The position numbers and the translations under genes are program-made. 41,116 nucleotides of DNA from Rhodospirillales bacterium (GTDB lineage Bacteria; Pseudomonadota; Alphaproteobacteria; Rhodospirillales; 2-12-FULL-67-15), in contig SHWG01000002.1 in NCBI GenBank assembly GCA_009693905.1, positions 1 to 41,116 of the forward strand, given 5' to 3'. Shown here piece after piece: positions 1 to 10,083 of the stretch (positions are counted from its first letter, which is position 1; each line of letters starts with the position of its first letter). The notes below the pieces were generated by a model. It ran no database searches. It saw nothing but the letters and a program-made list of their open reading frames with translations, and was not told the DNA's origin.

Positions 1-749
1 AAAGCCCGGCAGCCGGCGCGCTCGATCAGTTCCCACGCCTTCATCCCCGGCGGATTTTTGAACGTGCTGCCGCCGGTGGCGGCGCGGGTCGGCTGGCTCG
101 CCTCGCGGGCCTTGCGGATTTCCGCGATGCGCTCCGCGATCGCGCCCGGATCGCCCTTCTCGCCCTTGAGCACGGCGGCGAGGAAAATCCACCCTTCGGG
201 CACGCCCGAGCGGCGGTAGCCGAACCCCAACGCCGCGGCGTCGAGTTCGTGACGCGCCCCTTTCGCGTCGAGCGCCTGGGCTTCGAGGGTCACGTCCTTC
301 ATTTCGCGCCCGAAGGCGCCCGCGTTCATCCGCAGCGCCCCGCCGATCGACCCGGGCACGCCCGAGAGGAATTCGAGCCCGGCGATCGAAGCCGCGCAGG
401 TGGCGAGCGCGACCGAGACATCCAGCGCCGCCGCGCCGGCCCGGACGGTTTCGTCCTGGCAGGCGATCAGGCCGAACGCGCGCCCCAGGCGAATGGTCAC
501 GCCGGGAACGCCGCCGTCGCGCACCAACAGGTTCGATCCGAGCCCGACCACCGTGCGCGGCACGTCCTGGGGAAGGCGGCTGAGAAATTCCGCGAGGTCG
601 TCGGCGTCGGCGGGGCGGAACAGCACTTCGGCGGTTCCGCCGGTGCGGAACCAAGTCACCCGGCCGAGCGGCGCGTTCGCCGTGGTCCGTCCCCGGACCG
701 GCGGCAGACGGGCGAGCAACCCGTCGGGAAGTTTTTTCGCCGCCATCAT
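1..749 (-). CDS. murB: UDP-N-acetylenolpyruvoylglucosamine reductase MurB, 5' part only (runs off the window)
   Basis: My own reverse-strand translation from ATG 749: [21 protein letters not shown]...[12 protein letters not shown]...[12 protein letters not shown]...[15 protein letters not shown]...[12 protein letters not shown] overlap with the murC stop. Not in the ORF track because there is no stop in the window. Confidence 0.9.
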   Translation of the reverse strand, partial: MMAAKKLPDGLLARLPPVRGRTTANAPLGRVTWFRTGGTAEVLFRPADADDLAEFLSRLPQDVPRTVVGLGSNLLVRDGGVPGVTIRLGRAFGLIACQDETVRAGAAALDVSVALATCAASIAGLEFLSGVPGSIGGALRMNAGAFGREMKDVTLEAQALDAKGARHELDAAALGFGYRRSGVPEGWIFLAAVLKGEKGDPGAIAERIAEIRKAREASQPTRAATGGSTFKNPPGMKAWELIERAGCRA

Positions 750-2203
750 TTCTTCTTCCCCGGGCGGTTGCGCAGGCGTTGCAGCTCGCCCGGCAACGCA
801 GCCGCCCAGGCGGTGATATTGCCGGCGCCGAGGCACACGATCATGTCTCCGGACTTGGCGAGCGGGAAAACGGTCTCGGCGAGTTGCTTGGGGTCTTTGA
901 GTGCGATCGCCTGGCGATGCCCGCGCCGGCGCAGCCCCTCGACCAGGGCGTCGCGGTCGGCGCCGGCGATCGGCGCCTCGCCCGCGGCATAGACGTCGGC
1001 GACGACGACCGCGTCGGCGTCGTTGAAGCAGGTGCAGAAGCTTTCAAATAAAGAGTGGAGCCGGGTGTAGCGGTGCGGTTGCACCACCGCGATCACCTGG
1101 CCCTTGGTCGCGGTGCGGGCGGCCTTGAGCACGGCCGCGATTTCGACCGGATGGTGGCCGTAGTCGTCGACGACGACGATGCCGTCCGCTTCGCCGACCC
1201 GGGTGAATCGGCGGTTGACGCCCTTGAAGCCGGAAAACGCCCGCTTGAGCGCGGCTTCGTCGATCCCCATCTCGATCGCGATCGCCGTCGCCGCGAGCGA
1301 ATTTTCGACGTTGTGAACCCCGAACATGGGGAGGTACACGCCCTCGATCGTTTGCTGGCTGGCGCTCTTGCGATCCGAGACATGCGGCGGACTTGCGCGC
1401 GCGGAACGCACGACGATGTCGTAGCGGCAGCCGTCCGGCCCGGCCGTGACGTTAACGGCGCGCACGTCGGCCTGCGGGCTGAAACCGTAGGTGACGATCT
1501 TGCGGTCGGCGATCCTGGGCAGCATCGCCTGGACTTCGGGGTGGTCGATGCACAGGGCGACGAACCCGTAGAACGGGATATTCTCGACGAACGCATCGAA
1601 GGCGGCGCGGAGCGCGTCGAAGGTCTTGTAATGGTCGAGGTGCTCGGGGTCGATGTTGGTGACCACCGCGACCGTCGCCGGCAGCTTGACGAAGGTGCCG
1701 TCCGACTCGTCGGCTTCGGCCACCAGCCAGCCGCCCTTGCCGAGACGGGCGTTGCTGCCCCAGGCGTTGATGATCCCGCCGATGATGACGGTGGGATCGA
1801 ATCCGGCCGCGTCCAGCACCGCCGCGATCAGCGACGTGGTCGTGGTCTTGCCGTGCGTGCCGCCGACCGCGATCGACCACTTGAGCCGCATCAGCTCGGC
1901 CAGCATTTCGGCGCGGCGCACCACCGGGATCAAGCGGGCGCGGGCGACGACGATTTCGGGATTGTCGGGCTTGACCGCCGAGGACACCACCACCACCTGC
2001 GCCTCGCCCAGGTTGGCGGCGGCGTGACCGACCGCGACCGGAATGCCGAGCCCGCGCAGGCGCTTGACGTTGGCGCCCTCGGCGAGGTCGCTGCCCTGGA
2101 CCTTGTAGCCCAGGCTGTGCAGGACCTCGGCGATGCCGCTCATGCCGATGCCGCCGATGCCGACAAAGTGAATGACCCCGATGGACAGCGGAATGGCGAT
2201 CAT
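746..2203 (-). CDS. murC: UDP-N-acetylmuramate--L-alanine ligase MurC
   Basis: Internal ATG of ORF 746..2647. [28 protein letters not shown]; P-loop [12 protein letters not shown]. 485 aa. ATGA overlap with the murG stop. The upstream part of the track ORF is an R/P-rich read-through. Confidence 0.95.
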   Translation of the reverse strand: MIAIPLSIGVIHFVGIGGIGMSGIAEVLHSLGYKVQGSDLAEGANVKRLRGLGIPVAVGHAAANLGEAQVVVVSSAVKPDNPEIVVARARLIPVVRRAEMLAELMRLKWSIAVGGTHGKTTTTSLIAAVLDAAGFDPTVIIGGIINAWGSNARLGKGGWLVAEADESDGTFVKLPATVAVVTNIDPEHLDHYKTFDALRAAFDAFVENIPFYGFVALCIDHPEVQAMLPRIADRKIVTYGFSPQADVRAVNVTAGPDGCRYDIVVRSARASPPHVSDRKSASQQTIEGVYLPMFGVHNVENSLAATAIAIEMGIDEAALKRAFSGFKGVNRRFTRVGEADGIVVVDDYGHHPVEIAAVLKAARTATKGQVIAVVQPHRYTRLHSLFESFCTCFNDADAVVVADVYAAGEAPIAGADRDALVEGLRRRGHRQAIALKDPKQLAETVFPLAKSGDMIVCLGAGNITAWAAALPGELQRLRNRPGKKK

Positions 2204-3381
2204 GGCTGGTCTCTTTCGGCGGCGGTCGCGGGGATGAGGGCGGCAACGGCGTCGGCCAGCGCGCGCGCCGCGTCGGGGCGGGCCAGGGTCCGGGCGAGGT
2301 TTGCGGCGCGGGCGAGCCCGCTTGGGTCGGCGAGCCGGCGGACCAGAAGCGAGGCTAGGTTTTCGGGCGTGAAGTCGGCTTCGGCGATCGTCCAGGCGGC
2401 GCCGATATCCGCGAGCGCGCGGGCGTTCGCGCTCTGGTGGTCGTCGGCGGCGTGCGCGTAAGGGACCAGGAAAGCGGGCCGGCCGAGGGCGGCGATTTCG
2501 GCCACCGTCGAGGCCCCGGCGCGGGCGATGACCAGTGCGGCCCGCGCCATGCGCTCCGGCGCGTCGGCGAAGAAGGGCGCGAGTTCCGCCGCGACGGCGA
2601 TGGCGGCGTAAGCCGCGCGGGTCCGTTCCAGATCCTCGGGCCGGCACTGTTGCGCGACGCGAAGATGCCGGCGCAAGTCCTCGGGCACCCGCGCGATGGC
2701 CGCGGGGACGACGTCGGCGAAAATCCGCGCCCCCTGGCTGCCGCCGAGGATCAGCAGCGCGACCGGATTTCCCGCCTCGGGAGCCCGGTAGGGTTGTCCC
2801 GCCAAGGCCGCCACTTGGGGACGCACCGGCATGCCGGTGCGCACGGCGCCGGCCGCCGTCGCCCGAGGCAACCCTTGGGTCGCGGCAAACGAGGTGGCAA
2901 CGCGGCCCACGCCGCGCGCGAGCAGGCGGTTGGCGCGGCCGAGCACGGCGTTTTGTTCGTGGATCGCGGTCGGGAGTCTTCTAAGCATCGCGGCGAGCAC
3001 GGTCGGAAACGAGGCGTACCCGCCGAAGCCGACCACGGCGCTGGGCCCGAGCCGGCCGAGCAGCGCGAACGCCTGGACCGTGCCGAGGCCGAGGCCGAAC
3101 ACGGCGCCCGCCCGCGCCCACGGGCTTTTGCCGGCAAGCGGGCCTCCGGCGATACGATGCGTGCCCATATCGCCGCCCGCGCGCGCAAGCGAATGTCCGC
3201 GCGCGTCCGTGACCAGGGCGAGCTTGAACCCGCGGCTTGAGAGTTCGGCGGCGAGCGCCTCGGCCGGGAATAGGTGGCCGCCGGTGCCCCCGGCCGCGAG
3301 AACGACGAGCCCGCCGGTCGTGCACTCGTCGTGCGAATGCACGCCTGCCGGCGTGACGCGCGCAAACCCTTGTGTCGTCAT
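2200..3381 (-). CDS. murG: Undecaprenyl-PP-MurNAc-pentapeptide GlcNAc transferase MurG
   Basis: [16 protein letters not shown] motif. ATG 3381 overlaps the ftsW stop (ATGA). The first ~20 codons are encoded by a palindromic mini-element (3326-3360). Confidence 0.92.
   Translation of the reverse strand: MTTQGFARVTPAGVHSHDECTTGGLVVLAAGGTGGHLFPAEALAAELSSRGFKLALVTDARGHSLARAGGDMGTHRIAGGPLAGKSPWARAGAVFGLGLGTVQAFALLGRLGPSAVVGFGGYASFPTVLAAMLRRLPTAIHEQNAVLGRANRLLARGVGRVATSFAATQGLPRATAAGAVRTGMPVRPQVAALAGQPYRAPEAGNPVALLILGGSQGARIFADVVPAAIARVPEDLRRHLRVAQQCRPEDLERTRAAYAAIAVAAELAPFFADAPERMARAALVIARAGASTVAEIAALGRPAFLVPYAHAADDHQSANARALADIGAAWTIAEADFTPENLASLLVRRLADPSGLARAANLARTLARPDAARALADAVAALIPATAAERDQP
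3326..3360 (-). repeat. Palindromic mini-element, 'HSHD' module, copy in the murG 5' codons
   Basis: TCGTCGTGCGAATGCACGCC-TGCC-GGCGTGACGCG (CACGCC/GGCGTG stem). Encodes [13 protein letters not shown]. Confidence 0.85.
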
Positions 3382-4523
3382 CGCGGGAGCCTTTTGCTTT
3401 GGTGCGTGGTCCGCTCGCCCGGCCGCTCGCGGGTCAGCGCCAACACCATCCCGATGCCGAGCGCGATCCCCAGCGTGGACGAGCCGCCGTAGGAGACGAA
3501 CGGCAGGGTCATGCCCTTGGGCGGCATCAGGTTGATGGCCGAGGCCATGTTGATGATCGCCTGCAGGCCGAACTGGACGAGCAATCCCGCGACCGCGATC
3601 ATCACGAACAAGTCCCAGTCGCGGAAGGCGCGGGAGAATCCGCGCAGAACCAGGAACAGGAACAGCCCGATCAGGATCAGGCCGGTGATCGCGCCGAATT
3701 CCTCGCCGACGACGGCGAAGATGAAGTCGGCGTGCGCGTCGGGCAGCACGCGCTTCACTTGCCCTTCGCCGGGACCGCGACCGAGCAGGCCGCCGTTGCG
3801 CAGCGCGTCCAGCGCGCGCGCGACCTGGAAGCCCTCGCCGCCGGAAGGATCGAAGAAACGGTCGACCCGCGTCTGGACGTGGGAGAACGCCAAATAAGCG
3901 CCGACGCTCGCGCCGATGAAGCCGATCCCGATCGCCGCCACCAAAATCAGCGGCAATCCGGCGAGGAAAAACTGCACGCCCCAGACGGCGGCGATCAGCA
4001 GCGTCTGGCCGACGTCGGGTTGCAGGAGCAACAGGGCGGCGATCAGGGCGAATAGCCCGCTCGCGAGCGCGAAGCCGGGAAAGTGCTCGTCCGTCCGGCG
4101 CCGCGCGAACAACCAGGCCGCGACCACCGCGAACGCGGGTTTCGCAAATTCGGCCGGCTGCATCGAGACGCCGGCGATTTGAATCCAGCGCGCCGCGCCC
4201 TTGATCTCGACCCCCATGAACAGCACGGCGACCAGAAGGACGACCGACGCCGCGAGCACGGCGGCGCCGAGGCGTTTCACGCCCTCGGGCGAGAGGAACG
4301 AGACCGCGAGCATCAACGCGATGCCGAGGGCGAGGAACACGAACTGGCGGCGGACGAAATGGAACGGATCGAGGCCGAGCCGTTCGGCCACGGCGGGCGA
4401 GGCCGCCATGGTCAAGATCGCGCCGAGCGCCAGCAGAATCACGACCGCGCCCAAGGTCCAGCGATCCACCGTCCACCACCAGCGGGCGAGCAAACTGGTA
4501 TCGGTGCGGGCAAACGGGGTCAT
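3378..4523 (-). CDS. ftsW: SEDS peptidoglycan polymerase/division protein FtsW
   Basis: Internal ATG of ORF 3378..5786. Multi-TM protein with QPAEFAKPAF and SYGGSS motifs. 381 aa. ATGA overlap with the murD stop. Confidence 0.92.
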   Translation of the reverse strand: MTPFARTDTSLLARWWWTVDRWTLGAVVILLALGAILTMAASPAVAERLGLDPFHFVRRQFVFLALGIALMLAVSFLSPEGVKRLGAAVLAASVVLLVAVLFMGVEIKGAARWIQIAGVSMQPAEFAKPAFAVVAAWLFARRRTDEHFPGFALASGLFALIAALLLLQPDVGQTLLIAAVWGVQFFLAGLPLILVAAIGIGFIGASVGAYLAFSHVQTRVDRFFDPSGGEGFQVARALDALRNGGLLGRGPGEGQVKRVLPDAHADFIFAVVGEEFGAITGLILIGLFLFLVLRGFSRAFRDWDLFVMIAVAGLLVQFGLQAIINMASAINLMPPKGMTLPFVSYGGSSTLGIALGIGMVLALTRERPGERTTHQSKRLPR

Positions 4524-5965
4524 GCTTGGCCCCCGCCCCGCTTGGGCGCAACCGAGATTTCCTCGGGCTCGGACCGCCGGCCGGGCAGCGCCTGGACCAA
4601 TTTCCGGAAGGCTTCCCCGCGCGCCTCGAAATTGGCGAACTGGTCGAACGAGGCGCACGCCGGCGAGAGTAGCACCACCCCGCCCTCGCCCTCGGCCAGC
4701 GCGGTTTCGTGCGCGGCGGCGACCGCCGCCGCGAGATCGCCAGAGCGGGTCGTCTGGACCGAACCTTCGAGGATTTTGGCGAACGCGGGCGCCGCTTCGC
4801 CAATCAGGAAGGCGCGGCGGACGCGGTCGAAGTAGGGCGCGGCGGCGGCAAGCCCGCCCTCCTTGGCCCGCCCGCCGGCGATCCAGTAAACGCGCGGATA
4901 ACAGGCGAGCGCGCGGGCCGCGGCGTCGGCATTGGTCGCCTTGCTGTCGTTGACGTAGGCGATTCCGTCGATGGTGGCGATGGTCTCCTGGCGATGGCGG
5001 AGACCGGGAAAGCTTCTGAGGCAGGCGATGGCGACGCTCGGGTCGATCCCGGTCACGACGCACGCCGCATAGGCCGCGGCCGCGTTCTGGGCGTTGTGGG
5101 TTCCGGGCAGGGTGCGGAACGCCGCCAGGTCGGCGACGGCGACGTGGCGTCCGGCCGGTCCGGCGACGAAAGCGTCGTCGTGGAGCGTGCCGCCCTGGGC
5201 GTAGATTCCGCCATCGACCCTTCGGGTCGAAGAGATCGGGATCACCATCTGTTCGTCGGCGACCTTGAGTTCCTGGTAAATCTTTTCGCACCGAGGATCG
5301 TCCACGCCGATCACGGCGGTGCGCGGCTTGGTCTGGCGGTGGAAGATCAGGCGCTTGGCGGCGATATAGCCCGCCATGTCGCCGTGACGGTCGAGATGGT
5401 CGGGCGTGATGTTGAGCAGCACGGCGATGTCGAACGTGATCGAGAACGTGAGTTCGAGCTGGTAGGACGACATCTCCAGAATGTAAGCGCCGTCCGCCCC
5501 GAGCGGATCCAGGTCCAGCGCCGCACGGCCGATGTTGCCGCCGACCTGGGCGGGCCGGCCCGAGGTCCTGAAGACGTGGCCGATCAGCGCGGTGGTGGTC
5601 GATTTGCCGTTGGTCCCGGTGATCCCGATATACGCCGCGTCGCGCTGGGTGCGGGCGAGCAGCTCGATGTCGCCGATCACCTCGCAGCCGGCGGCGCGGG
5701 CCAGCATCACCACCCGGTGCGGCGCCGGATGATGCAGCGGCACGCCGGGACTCAGCACCAGGGAGGTCAGCTCCCGCCAGTTGCAAAGATACAAGTCCAC
5801 CAGCGGAACGCCGGCGGCGCGGGCCCGCGCCCGCGCGTCTTCGCTGTCGTCCCAGGCCCAGACCTCGGCTCCGCCCAGCTTGAGCGCATTGGCGGCGGCG
5901 ATCCCGGACGTGCCGAGCCCGAAGACCGCGACCGGCAAGCCGGCGAAGGGGAATACCTCGATCAT
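4520..5965 (-). CDS. murD: UDP-N-acetylmuramoylalanine--D-glutamate ligase MurD
   Basis: VFGLGTSGIAAANAL Rossmann-like N-terminus; ITGTNGKSTTT P-loop; 481 aa. Confidence 0.95.
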   Translation of the reverse strand: MIEVFPFAGLPVAVFGLGTSGIAAANALKLGGAEVWAWDDSEDARARARAAGVPLVDLYLCNWRELTSLVLSPGVPLHHPAPHRVVMLARAAGCEVIGDIELLARTQRDAAYIGITGTNGKSTTTALIGHVFRTSGRPAQVGGNIGRAALDLDPLGADGAYILEMSSYQLELTFSITFDIAVLLNITPDHLDRHGDMAGYIAAKRLIFHRQTKPRTAVIGVDDPRCEKIYQELKVADEQMVIPISSTRRVDGGIYAQGGTLHDDAFVAGPAGRHVAVADLAAFRTLPGTHNAQNAAAAYAACVVTGIDPSVAIACLRSFPGLRHRQETIATIDGIAYVNDSKATNADAAARALACYPRVYWIAGGRAKEGGLAAAAPYFDRVRRAFLIGEAAPAFAKILEGSVQTTRSGDLAAAVAAAHETALAEGEGGVVLLSPACASFDQFANFEARGEAFRKLVQALPGRRSEPEEISVAPKRGGGQA

Positions 5966-5975
5966 CGCGCGTGTC

Positions 5976-7064
5976 TCACCTGAGCTTGAGGGTGGCGAGC
6001 CCGGCCAGCGCCAGGATCGCGGCGATGATCCAGAAGCGGATGACGATGGTCGGCTCGGCCCAGCCCTTCTTTTCGAAATGATGATGCAGCGGCGCCATGC
6101 GGAAGACCCGCTTGCCGGTCAACTTGAAAGACACGACCTGGACGATGACCGAGACGGTCTCGAGCACGAACAGGCCGCCGACCACCGCCAGCACCAATTC
6201 ATGCTTGGTCACGACCGCGACGGTGCCGAGCGCGCCGCCGAGCGCGAGCGCGCCGGTATCGCCCATGAACACCCGCGCCGGCGGTGCGTTGAACCACAGG
6301 AATCCGAGCCCGGCGCCGATCAGGGCGCCGCAAAAGACCGCGAGCTCGCCGGCGCCGGGGACATAGTGGAGCTGGAGATAGTTGGCGAACACCGTATTGC
6401 CGACCAGATAGGCGACGAGCGCGAACACCCCGGTGGCGATCATCACCGGAACGATGGCCAGCCCATCGAGGCCGTCGGTCAGATTGACGGCGTTGGAGGT
6501 GCCGACGACGACGAGGACGGCGAAGACGACGAAAAATCCGCCGAGCTTGAGCAATACCGTCTTGAGGAACGGCACCGCCACCGCGGTCGCCAGCGCCGGC
6601 GGCGCGATCGAAACGATCCACAGCACCGCCACCGTGGCGATGGCGATTTCGAACAGGAACTTGATTCGCGCCGAAAGGCCGCGGCTGTGCTTTTGCACCA
6701 CCTTGATGTAGTCGTCGATGAACCCGATCAGGCCGAACGCGGCGGTCACGCCCAGCGTGGCCCAGACGTAGCGGTTGCGCAAATCCGCCCACAGCAGCGT
6801 CGCCGACACCATCGCGATCAGGATCAAGAGCCCGCCCATGGTCGGCGTCCCTTTTTTGGTCAACGGGTGGGTCTCGGGACCGTCGTCGCGGATCGGCTGT
6901 CCGTCGGCTTGCTGCTGGCGCAGCATCCGGATCATCGCCGGCCCGATCAGAAAACTGATCGCGAGCGCGGTGATGACCGCGCCGCCGGTCCGGAACGTGA
7001 GGTAGCGGAAGACGTTGATCACGCCGAACTGGTCGCTGAGCGGAACGAGAATGTGATAGAGCAT
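5976..7064 (-). CDS. mraY: Phospho-N-acetylmuramoyl-pentapeptide transferase MraY
   Basis: 362 aa polytopic membrane protein with [19 protein letters not shown] and PLHHHFE motifs. Confidence 0.96.
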   Translation of the reverse strand: MLYHILVPLSDQFGVINVFRYLTFRTGGAVITALAISFLIGPAMIRMLRQQQADGQPIRDDGPETHPLTKKGTPTMGGLLILIAMVSATLLWADLRNRYVWATLGVTAAFGLIGFIDDYIKVVQKHSRGLSARIKFLFEIAIATVAVLWIVSIAPPALATAVAVPFLKTVLLKLGGFFVVFAVLVVVGTSNAVNLTDGLDGLAIVPVMIATGVFALVAYLVGNTVFANYLQLHYVPGAGELAVFCGALIGAGLGFLWFNAPPARVFMGDTGALALGGALGTVAVVTKHELVLAVVGGLFVLETVSVIVQVVSFKLTGKRVFRMAPLHHHFEKKGWAEPTIVIRFWIIAAILALAGLATLKLR

Positions 7065-7075
7065 GGAAGGTCCCC

Positions 7076-8605
7076 TCAGGCGCCGTTGTTCGCGGGCGGT
7101 ACGAGCAGAGCCTGGACGATCGTGCCGGTCCGGCTTCCGGCCGATCCCTTGACCAGCACGACATCGCCCGGACGCAAGGCCGCGACCACCACCGGCGCGA
7201 GGCTCGCGGCGCTTTCGGCGTGGCCGCCCCGCATCGCCGGCGGCAGCGACTTCGCGAGCATGGCCATGTGCGGGCCGGTGGTAAAGACAAGATCGAAGCG
7301 GGCCTCACGCAGCGGGCCGCTCAAGGCGGCGTGGTGCGCGGCGCTTTCGCCCCCGAGCTCCAGCATGTCGCCGAGCACGGCAATCCGGCGCCCGCCCGGC
7401 CCCGGCGCGACCGCGCCCGCGGCGGCCAGCGCCGCGGCCATCGAGGCGGGCGAGGCGTTGTAGCTCTCGTCGATCAGGAGAAACGCGCCGGCGCCGATGG
7501 CGACGCGATGACGCTCGCCGCGGCCCTTCATCGCCGGCACGTCGGCCAAGCCGGCGGCGGCGGCGGCCACGTCGGCGCCCAGCGCGTACACGGCGGCGAG
7601 CACGGCGAGGCTGTTCGCCACCCAATGCCGGCCGGCGAGGCCGAGCCGGTATGCGATCCGCCGGCCCGCGACCTCGGCTTCCACGTTCGAGCCGTCGGCG
7701 TGAAGCTCGAAGTTGCGCGCCCGGACGGTGACCTCGGGCCGATCCACCGCGCCGAAGGTGACGATGCGCTCTACCCCCGCGGCGCGGGCGGAAGCGACGA
7801 GCCGGGCGTAATAGGGGTTTTCGGCGGGCAGCACCGCCGCGCCGCCGGTCTCGACGCCGAAAAAGATTTCGGCCTTGGCGTCGGCGATCGCCTCCAGGCT
7901 GGGAAAGAACTCGATGTGCACCGGCGCGATCGCGGTCACGACCGCGACGTTCGGCCGGACCATCTTGACCAGCGGCGTGATCTCGCCCGCGTGGTTCATG
8001 CCGATTTCGAACACGCCGAAAGCGGCGTCGCTGGGCATCCGCGCCAGGCTCAAGGGCACGCCCCATTGGTTGTTGAAACTGCCGACGCTCGCCGTCGTCG
8101 AGCCTTGGCGGGAGAGAACATGGCGGAGCGCCTCCTTGACCCCGGTCTTGCCGACGCTGCCGGTGACGGCGACGACGCGCGCGTCGGCACGGGCCCGCGC
8201 GGCGCGACCGAGACCCTCCAGCGCAACTTGGGTGTCGGCGACGCGAACCAGGGCGGCATCGGGGCCCAATCCTTCGGGCACGCGCGCGGGCTTAACCCCG
8301 CGCGCATCGAATGTCGCGCCCCTACCGTGGCGGGCGACCACGGCCGCCGCCGCGCCGCGCTTGAAGGCATCGGCGACGAAGGCGTGGCCGTCGAGCCTGG
8401 GGCCTTTGAGGGCGACGAATAAATCGCCCGCCTGGATCGTGCGCGTGTCGATCGAGACGCCGCTTGCCTGCCAGTCAACGGAACCCACGTCGCCCCCGGT
8501 GGCGAGTGCGACTTCGGCCGCGGTCCAGAGAATGGGGCGCCGCGCGGGCGAATCCCCGCGCGCATTGAATGACGCGCCCCTGCCGGGGCGCCTGGGCGCG
8601 ATCAT
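7076..8605 (-). CDS. murF: UDP-MurNAc-tripeptide--D-Ala-D-Ala ligase MurF, carrying two in-frame repeat insertions
   Basis: [13 protein letters not shown]-loop. 509 aa, longer than usual. ATG 8605 overlaps the murE stop (ATGA). Inserts encode [17 protein letters not shown] (N-terminus) and [17 protein letters not shown] (internal). Confidence 0.93.
   Translation of the reverse strand: MIAPRRPGRGASFNARGDSPARRPILWTAAEVALATGGDVGSVDWQASGVSIDTRTIQAGDLFVALKGPRLDGHAFVADAFKRGAAAAVVARHGRGATFDARGVKPARVPEGLGPDAALVRVADTQVALEGLGRAARARADARVVAVTGSVGKTGVKEALRHVLSRQGSTTASVGSFNNQWGVPLSLARMPSDAAFGVFEIGMNHAGEITPLVKMVRPNVAVVTAIAPVHIEFFPSLEAIADAKAEIFFGVETGGAAVLPAENPYYARLVASARAAGVERIVTFGAVDRPEVTVRARNFELHADGSNVEAEVAGRRIAYRLGLAGRHWVANSLAVLAAVYALGADVAAAAAGLADVPAMKGRGERHRVAIGAGAFLLIDESYNASPASMAAALAAAGAVAPGPGGRRIAVLGDMLELGGESAAHHAALSGPLREARFDLVFTTGPHMAMLAKSLPPAMRGGHAESAASLAPVVVAALRPGDVVLVKGSAGSRTGTIVQALLVPPANNGA
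8283..8330 (-). repeat. Palindromic mini-element, 'GRGA' module, internal to murF
   Basis: The reverse complement CCACGGTAGGGGCGCGACATTCGATGCGCGCGGGGTTAAGCCCGCGCG matches the cofC copy at 42/48 positions (hand alignment). Encodes [16 protein letters not shown]. Confidence 0.9.
8541..8590 (-). repeat. Palindromic mini-element, 'GRGA' module, murF 5' codons
   Basis: The reverse complement CCCCGGCAGGGGCGCGTCATTCAATGCGCGCGGGGATTCGCCCGCGCG matches the cofC copy at ~41/48. The CGCGCGGG/CCCGCGCG stem is kept while the loop differs. Encodes [16 protein letters not shown]. Confidence 0.9.
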
Positions 8606-10083
8606 GGTTTGGCCTCGCCGAGCGCCGCGCGGGCCTCGGCCGCGTCGTCGAAAGGGAGGGCATCCGTCCCGACGATCTGAACCCGCTCGTGCCCCCTGCC
8701 CGCCAGGACCAGAACGTCGCCCGCCTTCAAGCGCGCGACGGCGGCGCGGATGGCCTCGCGCCGGTCGGCGATTTCAACAGCGCCGGGACAAGCGGCAAGA
8801 ATCGCGCGGCGGATGGCGACGGGGTCTTCGCCGCGCGGGTTGTCGTCGGTGACGATCGTGGCGTCGGCGAAGTGGGCGGCGATGCGGCCCATCTCGGCGC
8901 GCTTGCCGGGATCGCGCTCGCCACCGCAGCCGAATACGAGGGAAAGTTTTCTCCGCGCGTGCGGGCGCAACGCGCCGAGCACGTGGACGAGGGCATCGGG
9001 GGTGTGGGCGTAGTCGACATAGACGGCGGCGCCGGTTTTCGTTTCGCCCGCTTTCTCCAGACGGCCGGGGACGCTGCCGAGGTGTTCGAGCGCGGCCACC
9101 GCCGCCCGCGCATCGGCGCCGCAAGCAATTGCCAAGCCCAGCGCGCAAAGCGCGTTCTCCGCCTGGAACAGGCCTACGAGGGGAAATTCGACCGCGCGCC
9201 GGGCCCCGAACAGAGAGAGATCGAGTTTCCGCCCGCCCGGCGTCGCTTGGTCAAAGCGCAGCGCGATATCGGTATCGTCCTCGCCGTAGGTGATGACCTT
9301 CAAGCGCCGCGCGCGGCAGGCATCGAGGATCGTATCGGCGCCGGGGGCGTCGAGGTGAATGACGGCCGTGGCGCCTTCGGGCAAAAGCTCGGCGAACAGG
9401 CGGCGCTTGGCGACGAGATAGGCGGCCATGTCGCGGTGATAATCGAGATGATCGCGGGTGAGGTTGGTGAACGCCGCGGCTTTCAACCGCACCCCGTCGA
9501 GGCGATATTGGTCGAGGCCGTGGCTCGAGGCTTCGAGCGCGAGATGCTCGATGCCGGTCTCGGCAAGCTCCTTAAGTGTCTGGTGCAGCTCCGCCGGATC
9601 GGGGGTGGTCAGCCCGCCCGCGCGCAGCGTCTCTCCTTGAGAGCCGACGATACCGAGGGTGCCGATACCGGCCGCGCGAAGCCCGAGGCTCGTCCAGATC
9701 TGGCGCAGGAAGTGGACCGTCGAGGTCTTGCCGTTGGTGCCGGTGACGGCGGCCACGGTTGCCGGCTGGCGGGCGAAAAAGCGCGCCGCCAGCAGGGCGT
9801 AGGCGCGGCGGGGATTGGCGGCGGAAAGAAAAACGGCCTTGGTTTCCGGCGCCAGCGGCTTGCTTTCCGCCGGCCCGAGCACCGCGACCGCGCCCCGGGC
9901 CAGCGCATCGGCGATGAATGCGCGCCCGTCGGTCTTGGTTCCGGCGAGCGCGGCGAACAGAAATCCGGGCGCCATGGCGCGCGAATCGGCTCCGATTCCG
10001 GCAATCTCGAGTTCGGGAGGGATCGCAACCGCGTTCACCTCGGTCAGTCCTTTCACAAGATCAATGAGACGCAACGCCGCCAC
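8602..10083 (-). CDS. murE: UDP-MurNAc-L-Ala-D-Glu--2,6-diaminopimelate ligase MurE
   Basis: VTGTNGKTST P-loop; TDDNPRGEDP (DNPR) motif. A GTG start at 10083 overlaps the ftsI 3' end by 23 nt; a TTG at 10074 is an alternative. Confidence 0.93.
   Translation of the reverse strand: MAALRLIDLVKGLTEVNAVAIPPELEIAGIGADSRAMAPGFLFAALAGTKTDGRAFIADALARGAVAVLGPAESKPLAPETKAVFLSAANPRRAYALLAARFFARQPATVAAVTGTNGKTSTVHFLRQIWTSLGLRAAGIGTLGIVGSQGETLRAGGLTTPDPAELHQTLKELAETGIEHLALEASSHGLDQYRLDGVRLKAAAFTNLTRDHLDYHRDMAAYLVAKRRLFAELLPEGATAVIHLDAPGADTILDACRARRLKVITYGEDDTDIALRFDQATPGGRKLDLSLFGARRAVEFPLVGLFQAENALCALGLAIACGADARAAVAALEHLGSVPGRLEKAGETKTGAAVYVDYAHTPDALVHVLGALRPHARRKLSLVFGCGGERDPGKRAEMGRIAAHFADATIVTDDNPRGEDPVAIRRAILAACPGAVEIADRREAIRAAVARLKAGDVLVLAGRGHERVQIVGTDALPFDDAAEARAALGEAKP

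Noticed and set aside
249-992. 247-aa plus-strand ORF at the left edge, plus many other 60-560-aa ORFs opposite annotated genes (e.g. 1055..2461, 5781..7463, 8569..10170, 23467..25911, 25941..27521)
   Set aside because: They are antisense shadow ORFs of well-supported genes, with low-complexity R/G/A/D composition and no motifs.
2200-5786. Very long track ORFs (2200..4803 at 867 aa; 3378..5786 at 802 aa), and similarly 746..2647, 14009..16441, 17289..19316, 21538..22632 and 30395..31915
   Set aside because: Only the C-terminal parts match real proteins: MurG, FtsW, MurC, amidase, LivG, CoxG and GntR. The N-terminal extensions run through the upstream gene in another frame and are arginine/proline-rich read-through. 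Internal starts with 4-nt overlaps or SD sequences were used instead.
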